Assembly (NCBI GenBank): GCA_965645245.1
Contig: OZ287078.1
Coordinates: 868,001-932,000, forward strand
DNA length: 64,000 nucleotides
From: Massalongia carnosa
Lineage: Eukaryota
Direction: 5' to 3'
Under the pieces are notes generated by a model. The model had not been told where the DNA came from, did not search any database, and saw nothing but the letters and a program-made list of their open reading frames with translations. Of the stretch, positions 51,897 through 64,000 are shown piece by piece (the first letter of the stretch is position 1; every line of letters begins with the position of its first letter). The position numbers were made by a program, and so were the translations under genes.

Positions 51897-53219
51897 CACG
51901 CGCTCGCAGAAAAAAAGCGACACCCAAAAATTTTACCCTACAAAATCCCCCCTTTTCATCAACAACCAGCACCAACAACCAGCATTTAATCATCATGAAA
52001 AGCTGATTATATTCATCTAACTAGTAGCCAGTCATCTGGCCCTCGCCATCTATGACGGCTTGCAACCGATCAGGCATTTCATCAACTTTTTCATTAATAA
52101 ATGCCTGAGAAACACGATCCCATCCTTCATTAATTAGCTCCTTGGTCGTCGCATCGTCCCAATGAGGATGTTTATGAAGATGTTGCTTCGGAACTGACCA
52201 GCTGTTTTCCACAGGAGATAAAGCAGGTAATGAAGCACAATTGAAATAATGGTTTAGATGATTTGTCTCCTTCCAAGTGCGTACGATGTTTGATTTGCTC
52301 GGTCCATGACCCGAATCCCCATCTTCTTCAAGCACGAAGTCATGCCCCTGATCAAGCCACGGCTTGACCACCGGCTCCAAAATCTGATCAATATACACCC
52401 GTTGACTCATCTTTCCATTGGCATTGCCCGGCACATTGTAATAATGAATATCTGACTTGAAATCGTGACCAACAGCTGCCCAGCAATGATGCCGTTTCAC
52501 ATCTCTAGAATCTGGTTCTTCTGCTTGCTGTATACAGTCCTGACAATATCTTTCGCCCGGCTGGCGAATGATGGACAGTTTACCTTGAGGACCCCATCCG
52601 AAATGCACCTCATCACTGAATCGTATGTTATGCCAGTCAGACTTTTCAGGATATCTTTTCAACATAACTTTGGCCCAATCAAAGCGACGACGAGCTGTTT
52701 TCTCATTGACCCAGCCCTTTCCGCATGCGACGCATTTGTGATAGTCAATCGTTCCCATAGCTATTTGTATGATTCGTCCCGAGCATTCAAGTTCCACCTC
52801 ATAGCCCAACTGTGCCCAGGTGAGAGCACGCGCCTCAAATCCCTCCTCCTCTATGATGCGCTCCATTTCGCGAATTTTTTGCGGAGTAACAATAGCCTTT
52901 CGCCCTCGCGTTTCAGGAAGATCAGGCTTATTGTGATGTCTTCGCGAGCTCTCCTGATTTAAAGCTCTCCAGCCGGCATGATGACTCACATTAAACGTAC
53001 GAAAAACGTCCTCTTTGAAGTAGAGAATGCCCATGCGATCGCAGAATTCAACGGCTCCTTGAATTTTAGCTTTTGTAGGAGTAGGATAGTACATTCTAGA
53101 TTCAGAAGAGTTAGGTTCAGGTGTGTTGGGTCGTTCCATGATGCTGGTTGTTGGTGAAAAGGGGAGATTTTTGATGGGGTGAAATTTTTGGGTGTCGCTT
53201 TTTTTTCTGCGAGCGCGTG
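51897..53219 (-). mobile_element. Tc1/mariner-type DNA transposon copy 2 (1323 bp), inverted relative to copy 1
   Basis: Same TIRs (one A fewer in a homopolymer); identical protein; flanks ATAGC and ACAGG. Confidence 0.95.
52021..53139 (-). CDS. Tc1-like DDE transposase, identical to 41164-42282
   Basis: Identical 372-aa translation in the ORF track. Confidence 0.92.
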   Translation of the reverse strand: MERPNTPEPNSSESRMYYPTPTKAKIQGAVEFCDRMGILYFKEDVFRTFNVSHHAGWRALNQESSRRHHNKPDLPETRGRKAIVTPQKIREMERIIEEEGFEARALTWAQLGYEVELECSGRIIQIAMGTIDYHKCVACGKGWVNEKTARRRFDWAKVMLKRYPEKSDWHNIRFSDEVHFGWGPQGKLSIIRQPGERYCQDCIQQAEEPDSRDVKRHHCWAAVGHDFKSDIHYYNVPGNANGKMSQRVYIDQILEPVVKPWLDQGHDFVLEEDGDSGHGPSKSNIVRTWKETNHLNHYFNCASLPALSPVENSWSVPKQHLHKHPHWDDATTKELINEGWDRVSQAFINEKVDEMPDRLQAVIDGEGQMTGY

Positions 53220-53605
53220 ACAGGTACTTGGTAACTTCTTGGTAACTTCTTTGAAATACTTACCTAACTTACTTGGAGTACAGTGCAGAGTGCCTACTCT
53301 ATATGATAACGATCGCTTTGATAGCAGTTAAATAATCGCACAAGCGATTCAATCTAGTTGATTGTTCCGTCGAAACTTTCCCTTGTATTTCTGGCTCAGC
53401 GCACTCCAATCCAACTCACTTGGTCTATCTACTACGACTACTATCAACTATCCGATTTTCATGCGAGCTTTGACGAATATAAGTTTGGAGCAGTTATTTT
53501 CCCAATCTGTTTCAGGCCTGTGCACGCTTTCAATGAATTCACTTCCCTACCGATAGGTAATTACCTGAAATAACTCAAAAGAGTTGGCAGGTTGCTCTTC
53601 CCACC

Positions 53606-54233
53606 ATGGTATTGTACTGTCTCATCTTATTGGATCCATTTCAGTGGACCTTTCGGAAATCTAATATTGGTTTAATAGGGAAAACGCAAGAAGTCAAGTC
53701 GGAAGCCACAAGGTCCCAAAAAGGTAATTTAGCACGTATCTTACTTGGTGTCCCCGTGGAAATCTCCTGGTAGGTAGGATATATTTACAATACATATACA
53801 GAAAGAGAACCTACGCACGACATTCTCCTGCTTGTTCTGCAATGGCGAAAACTCGGTGACGGTCAAGCTGGATAAAAAGGCCGGAACGGGCGAGCTCGCC
53901 TGCAAAACATGTGGCCAGCAATATCAAACCGGCATAAATTGTAAGTTTAATGGTCTAGCTCATTGCAATCTAGCTGTTTTGCTTCTTCCGGCATTGTACG
54001 TCGCGAGAATTATTGACTGAGGGCAAATTTCAGATCTTTCTGCAGCTGTAGACGTTTATTCGGATTGGATCGATGCTTGTGACGATGTTGCCAAAAGCGG
54101 AGGAGATGCTCTAGAAAACGAGGGTGGGATGAATCCTTATTACGATCTGGCGGCTGGGACTGGGGGAGAGAGCTCGACGATGCACCTTGACCGCCATTTG
54201 GTATCTACCGTTGAGGGGGATGATGATGGTTAG
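53606..54233 (+). CDS. ELF1: Transcription elongation factor Elf1 (4 exons; first coding exon is the ATG only)
   Basis: [25 protein letters not shown] and [15 protein letters not shown]. Confidence 0.92.
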
Positions 54234-54667
54234 GGACGCTACCATGGCGCTTTATCTTAACAATGAACGACTTTCCCCATCGACGATAGGTTTAATGTAA
54301 AACACTAGAAGTTATGTCAATCAGGAGGTTAAAAGCGGTTGCAAGTAATATGGACTATTTCATATCAATCAATCTCTTCTCTATTTGCGTTGAGCATCTA
54401 GGACTTGAAATATTTCGGGGTGTTTTCAAGCTATCTTGATATGTTTCCTTCCTCGTCGAGTGCTGATCAAAGACCCCTTTTGTCTGTGATCGCGCGAACT
54501 ACAAACCGTACATACTTTCCCGTCTCAAATATATTCGCATATGACTATTCTACAAAGATAGATATCTACAGGCACATGGTTTGGCACCATTTACGCAGTG
54601 CATACTTTCCAGCTGTACTCCAGAAACCGCGCTATATTTGCACGGGTATGAGAGTGCTCTTGCGGAA

Positions 54668-55652
<985 letters not shown>

Positions 55653-55989
55653 TCAGCCTACAGGGTATGTTTTTAAGGTTATCTTACATGCCACATCTAC
55701 AACTAAAATGAATTAGTTTAGTATACTTAATACGCCTAGATACCTATTACGTTCTTACTTTATCTTAATCTAATCGTGACCTAGCATTATAAGTCCAGGT
55801 CTGTGGCTTTAATGTAGCTGCTTCTCAAACTCCATAACTACCATCAGCGAATGGGACCTTACCCATTTATGTACGCGTTACATCGACACGCTTTCCTCTA
55901 GTTAATCTTGAATTCTCTTCACACCACGGCTTTCCCAACTTACCTCAACATACTTCTCGCATTTCCACGCCTTCTTGATTCTTACAGCC

Positions 55990-58900
55990 ATGGGTTCTCA
56001 TCGGAAATTGACAACATATGGCAGGGTTTCGCGAAGGCTAATACCCAATAACCAATCTATAGCTACAGATGATGTAGCTCGCTATACCAATAAAGATTCT
56101 TGGGGTGAGATTCAGGTCGAATCGCATGAAACGGACTATTCTCCTCCAGAATTCTCTTTACATTGCTTAGGTGGTTCACCTACCGATCAGCCCCAACAAT
56201 CAAACCATTCATGTCTATCAATCAGTGCTTGTGGAATTGTGCCTAAAGTTTCGTCACGTCAAATCCCTGCTGATCCCCACCTAGAAATCGTCCCCACCTC
56301 TGTGAAAAAAAATCTACAGCTCACATCTTGCGATGACGACGCGATATGTGGTATTACTTCTTCTGATTGTGGAGCCTGTATTGGTCTGAGCACGGCGGGC
56401 TTGGGAAATAGAAAGCGGAGAAAACTCGCACCTGCTAGCATCCTGGAACCAAAAAACCTTGTGTACGACGATGAAAGCCTACAACGCCATATCGCGGCAG
56501 AGGCTAGCAATGATCGAATCCAGCCTTTAGAATTAGATCGGAGGATTGAACCCAAGGCGAGAAGCCTTAAGCCAGGTATGCAAGCATTTCCCCCGAAGGT
56601 GGGGTATCGACGAGCCTCACGTACGTTGGGTGAAATTAAGCGCCGGCATGAAGAGAATCACAGAAGCTTTCCAACCACTATCTACCCTCCCATTGGTCGA
56701 TATGTGTCAAGTATCGAAGAGATCTCAAGAACAAAAAATAAAGAAAGCGGGCCTAGTCAAGGAGAAGAGTCTATCGATCACGTTCCCCAAGAGGACATGT
56801 GTGATAATCCTGATAGGTATAGCCGTGTATCAAGGGAGCGAAACTTGTCAGCCACCAAACTAAACCCTGATACAACACCAAGTCTGTGTGGCGACAATGA
56901 AGGCTTCATCAATGGTGTAACCATTCGTGGACCTCCAACGCCCCCGAGATCTTCCACAGGGACTAAGATCACAACGCCGCGCCAGCGTGAGCTTTGGAAC
57001 AGGCTATTGAATGATGATAGAGAGAAGTCGAAATCTTCTGTGTCCGACCCTCCCCGTGGCATGATTGAATGTCCTGACGCAACCAGATCTCATGAAGCTG
57101 ATCCTGACACTAATCCGTGGAACCATGCGTCTACCCAGATAAGTGCTAAAATTACTCTTAGTCGAAATAGAATTATCGATCACTTGCACGGACAAGAAAG
57201 TTATGATGAACATGTTACTAGGAGTGTTTCTGAAGTCGAAGCTGATATAGACACAAATCGGATCTCTGAGAGTCCAGAAACGGATTCAGCCCTTTCGAAA
57301 TTGGATTCAGGCAATATTGATTCCCATAATAAAGTCTTACGGAATCATGTTTATGGTACTCATGAAAATCAGTCTATACCCTCTCACGCAAGTGGAGGCC
57401 TCAAGGTGACCTACGCTCGACAAAGGTCTTTCCTCACAGAAGATGATCCTAGTCAAGTCGTAACGTTTGACTTACCAATGGGGAGGGATACTGTCTTTAG
57501 GGCTAGCGGAAGGCGTGGAGGAGCTGGAGATGTAATGCCTAAACTAAAGGTTTCGAAGAAGATGGATGAATGTTTAGACAATGAGGTTTCAAACTCTCAA
57601 GGAAGCATTATGAGGAGTATTCACGAATTACGGGAGGCAGGTGGCAACGCTCGTACATTCGGCGAAATGGAAGCTATGTTGGATGACATTGATGAAGCAA
57701 ATTCTGTGTCGCTTACGCTCAAACGTTCCAGATTGCTAGATCTTGCTGTCAAGTTCGACGATCTTTCCTTTTGCCGCACGTTCATCGACCAAAACCTGGA
57801 TCAACGCCTATTCGCTCATCTGGAGTCGAGTAATGATCTCATCGTCGACACCTTGTTTGCAGCAATGATACTACGTCTTTTAGCAAGTTCGGCATCTATC
57901 CCTAAGCTGTCTCACGTTCACGGACCGATTATGAAGGATTTCCTTATTAAGCTTTTGAAAAAGAAGGAGGATCTAGCAATATCGACTAGGACCCGCAGAT
58001 TGAACTTGTCGAAACTCGCTCAGGCCGATTTTCGGAACCTTTGGGATTCTTTGCAAAAGTCGGCTATATGGAGAGGGGGTAGACCACTTCTCTTAACACC
58101 TTGTGTGATATCTCTGCAATGTCTCGAGTATCTCGTGCGCCAAGCACGGGAAGTTGGAGGCGTTGGTCCTTTAATTTCTAAGCAGGATATCATGGGTGTT
58201 GCGAAAATGCTGAGGCTGGATGCTCTAGGCTCGTCCCAAGGGTCGAACAATAACTCTATGGTAGAACTGCACCTCTCGGTCTCCATCCTCGAATCTTGCA
58301 CAATCAGTAATGCTACCTCTGGCGACGAGACCCCATGGATAGGCAAGACGCTCGATATTACAGTTGGCCTGCTGCCACTACTGGATAGCTGGCCAAAGGA
58401 AAACATCGGAACGCTTAGGACACTGACGCTTCGGCTATATCTCAATCTTACAAATAACAACCCCATGCTATGTGAGGCGTTTTCTAGACCCGATGTGATT
58501 GGTTCTATGCTCAACATCATCGTTTCACATTTTCAATGCTTGTCATCGAATAAGGAGCACCAAAAGTCGGAGGTTCTGCTCGACACACTGATACTTTCTT
58601 TGGGATCAATTATAAACCTTGTGGAATGGTGCGATACTGTGAGGCCGCTAGTCCTAAGCCTTCGGTTCAAGGATGCATGTTTCCTCGATATTCTGATGCA
58701 GCTTTTTATGAGCAAAAAAGAGAAAGCTGCCGAGGTAAGATCGATTCTTATTGCGGCGTATCATGCTGATTCCTTTAGGTCTTTTCTGAGAAGGAGACAA
58801 TTTTTAATGTGGCTTTTGGCTACTTATCAGTTCTTCTTAGCTACTTGTGTGTCAATGAAATAGTCAGGCAAAGGGTAACCTCTCTGTTTCAACAGCAAAC

Positions 58901-59066
58901 GTTGAAACCACTATTGGACGCCGTCGAGGAGTTCTTACAGTACCATAGGCAGATCGACGATGAGGTCTGTCATAGCGATGAGGAGATCGACGTCAGGACC
59001 GGTTTCATCGATCGTCTACAACGTGTTGTAAATGAGTTAAAGAGGGAACAAGGGCTGTCGGGTTAG
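55990..59066 (+). CDS. WPL1: Wings apart-like cohesin release factor (Wapl/Wpl1/Rad61)
   Basis: TYGR N-terminus, KVTYARQRSFL, SIHELREAG and LRLYLNLTNNNP helical WAPL-type domain; one intron near 58735-58779. Confidence 0.8.
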
Positions 59067-59712
59067 GTCTCGCAAGTACATCGGAATATCTAGGGATGGC
59101 ACTTGGCATTGCCGGGCATACATCCGTATACTTCAAGGATGGCTGGACTTTGCGCTGTGACATGTCGGCAAGTAGGTGAAATGGAAATAGCTAGTCTAGA
59201 TTAAAAAGCCTGTGCTACCGACGTTCCATTAGTTGGGATTGATAGGTATTGAGGTACTGAAGTACCTATCTGTGTAAGCAACGACAGGAATGTTCAGACG
59301 TTTCCACATACACTGCTTTCCCCTTGATTGGACTTAAAATGAACATGATTATTGCCGAACACCTCTTCACCGCTTCTTCATATTTTGAGCCGTTTTGTAT
59401 AATGTCGTACGAGGTCGTATATATGGCATCCACCTGCTCGAGAAAGGCATTGTCCAAATTTCTGAAGGTACCCGTTTGGAGATCAAGCCATGAACCCTGC
59501 CGGTTTCTGCATCCTATATCGCTATTTTTTCAGCGGCGGTAGCTTTGGTGGTGAATAACAGTTACCTTACGTAAGAGACTTGACTTTTTCTCAAAAAGCA
59601 TTGAGAAAACGCCCCCCTCGTTTTCCGATATAAAAACCAAACATCCGGTTCCATTTACTGTCTCAGGGAGATTGCCAAATCAGACAAGGGTCCAAAACCA
59701 GCACCTGCAAAA

Positions 59713-60501
59713 ATGCCGACCAAGCCAAAGCAAAGAAAACTGGCCATGGTGGGGAGTCGATCTGTCGGTAAGATATCTTCCGGTTGGAGGCGGTCGGCGA
59801 AGGCGATTAACCATTTGAACTTGCTCCCTTTTAGGCAAATCGTCGTTGACACTGCAATTCGTGCAAGGGCAGTTTGTCGATGACTACTTTCCAACCATCG
59901 AGAGCACGTTCAGCAAGGTCATCCAACATGGCGGGCAAGACTTTGCAACCGAAATAGTCGACACGGCGGGTCAGGTAAGCGCTCAGAAGCCCGGGGATTT
60001 ACATATCCCAAACCGGCCTGCTGCAGCAATGGCTGGGCCACCTGACATGACAACTCGACTTGGCTCTAGGACGAATACAGTATCCTGAACTCAAAGTATT
60101 TCATTGGCATTCATGGCTACATGCTGGTCTACTCCGTGGCATCCAGGCAGTCGTTTAACATAATTCCCATCCTCCGGGACAAGATCCTAAACCACCTTGT
60201 GAGCCCCCATTTGCATCTCTTTTGGAGGCATGCTCGATCCTGACATGCTGATACGCACTAGGGCGCCGATTGGGCTCCCTTGGTCATTGTCGGGAACAAG
60301 AGCGATCTAAAGCCTGAGCAGCGACAAGTACCCCTAGAAGAAGGGATACAGTTGGCAAATGAGTTGAAGTGCGCTTTCACCGAAGCCAGCGCTCGGCTCA
60401 ACACCAATGTGTCCGAAGCTTTTGAATTGATGATCGCTGAGGTGGAAAAGTCACAAAACCCGAGCGAACCGACTGGAGGAAGTAAGTGCATGTTGATGTG
60501 A
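59713..60501 (+). CDS. RHB1: Rheb small GTPase
   Basis: G1 GSRSVGKSS (Rheb-specific Arg), YFPTIE, DTAGQDEY, NKSD and CAAX CMLM. Confidence 0.95.
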
Positions 60502-60863
60502 ACATTATATAAACTTATATCTATATATTTTTGTATTCAAGGGATGAGGGGTCGGCAATTGTAAGATAGAGATATGCGAGCAACACTTCGATTCTCGAGC
60601 ATGCAGCAGACAATGGAAGGCATTTATTTTGTAATATAGGATTATTTTAGACTTTGCCCTTTTGTAGGCTTCCAATACTAGCAACTAGAAGGCTCTTTCG
60701 ACATCCTATCCATAGAGTAATTGTACTTCTTCAGAGTATAGAGCATGTGTGAGGAATATTGGTTCGTGCCATTAGAAAAACCTGGGAAAAACCTCTTGCC
60801 GCAAGTTCGTGCTAGGATCCCTTATAGATCCCCCCACTGCCAAGCCTAAGCTTAAGCCTGCGA

Positions 60864-60870
60864 TGACTCA
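60864..60870. promoter_or_regulatory. Putative Gcn4/CpcA element TGACTCA upstream of SES1
   Basis: Exact consensus about 320 bp upstream of an aminoacyl-tRNA synthetase ATG. Confidence 0.55.
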
Positions 60871-61187
60871 GCTCTTTGGTGGGGGGGAAATACACTTTGG
60901 GCTTTCCGTAGCTGACTAACGTCCGTGCGATGTGCCGCCCGTAGCCAGCTAAACCGTTAACCCGAAGAGACTTACAGACGCTAATCCGAAGGAGCTTAGC
61001 CAGCTCGTAGAGCCACGCACGTCTGAGGCAAAATACACTACCCAATGCTAACTGATATTGATTATGCCCTTGTTATTGAATTTCGCCTCAACTTCTGCAT
61101 GTCCAGAAATAATTAAGATCAATTGCAAGATTTGGACTACAACTTGTGACGAACCCATCGTCTCTTTGTCTTGGCTTGCAGTTCATC

Positions 61188-62898
<1,711 letters not shown>

Positions 62899-64000
62899 GC
62901 AGGGTATTCCTCTTCCGCAATGTTTCAGAGATGCATTGGGAGCACTGGGACATGTGTGTAGCTTACGGCACGTGTAGACGGAAATAGCATCACCGAGTGA
63001 CTGACTAGATGCCTACAAGCTGTTAATTATGTAGGGTCACGCGCACATGTCTTGTAAGGTTCAAAGGATGGGGATAGATGAGCAACGACAATGATGCAAA
63101 GGCAAAAAGTGACTTTAGACAACCTCCATATTGAGAGAGCTAAACCTAAGACTCTTGATATTGAAGATGCTTGCTATGGCAGGTTGATCCATCTATTCAT
63201 ACCTAAAGCTGCCTAACCCAATTTGAAAAGAAAAACAAACATACCATACCAAGGTCAACACAAAGCAAGTCATTTACTCACTCCGCGCTTGTGAACAGTC
63301 ATGCATAGCATCAACTACGGAATGTACGAAGCACAGTAGGTATCACTCCACCTGATTATCTGTCATCATCCCAACGTGCTTTGCGGTCGATGTTCCATAC
63401 GGACAAACCAGCTATTTGCACGCTGTACCACCTGACCATATTTATCAAATTAGCCGTGGGTGACTAACATTCTGAACCAGAAAGATTCATCATTAACTTC
63501 ATCTACGCGTGAAGCGGATAATCTCGCTGGGCAGCAGTCAACCAACCTGCTTGATTTTAAAACTCCATCTGCCTGGCATACCTAGTAGAGTGCATAAACT
63601 ATCCTGCGGGTCAGTTTGGACTGTTATCATTCGGTACAGATCTAAGGTGCAAACAATCAAAAAAAAGTCACAGCTCTGTGGAACCATTTCTAAAGCCTGG
63701 TTTCTTTACTTCTCTACGCTGCTGTTTTTTCAGAAAAGAAAATGGAGTCGGAATGTCCATTTTGTCCTTTCAAAAGCCTGGATTCCTATTCCCTCATGGA
63801 GCATGTAGAGTGTTGTCATCCTGAGAATGGGTTTTCTCCATTCAACGTCAAAGAAGAAGCGACGATGCCGCGGTTGGCGGGGGGGCGTGATGATGAAGCC
63901 TCAGGCTCGTTTAACGCTCTTTCCCACGAAGAAGATTATTTTCAGTGTGCCTGTGGGGAGGTAGTGATGCTGCCTGAAGTTAACAGCCATTTCGCCCTGC

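Noticed and set aside
60888..61039. Segment bounded by the direct repeat AAATACACT upstream of SES1 (possible insertion or ncRNA)
   Set aside because: No TIRs, no recognisable RNA motif and no second copy; could be chance.
63509..64000. ORF 63509-63808 and a possible gene start near 63827
   Set aside because: No motif support, and truncated by the window edge.

Overview
Filamentous ascomycete (Pezizomycotina) genomic DNA with spliceosomal introns. Bases 1-26.6 kb are a gene-free nest of transposons: two Tad1-like LINEs, a 5'-truncated LINE, three Ty3/Gypsy chromoviruses, several solo LTRs, an hAT-type MITE and a Fot1/pogo fragment. Most insertions are delimited by readable target-site duplications (TSDs). 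Bases 26.8-64 kb hold housekeeping genes (SEC15, HAP5, FCF2, PNP1, RSM10, a GT-like protein, RPS1, URC1-like, ELF1, FUR1, WPL1, RHB1, SES1), interrupted by a second TE cluster. Main observations: (1) a Tc1/mariner-type DD37E transposon family that appears to make 5-bp TSDs, not TA, at a shared oriented target motif; (2) two near-identical inverted copies of it have swapped TSDs, indicating that the 9.5-kb segment between them has been inverted; (3) two unrelated LTR families have produced fold-back palindromic LTR derivatives, one integrated alone with a perfect TSD; (4) a coding-dead Copia with identical LTRs carries a 31-copy 50/51-bp hairpin array. All coordinates and counts were read by eye, and exon boundaries are approximate.
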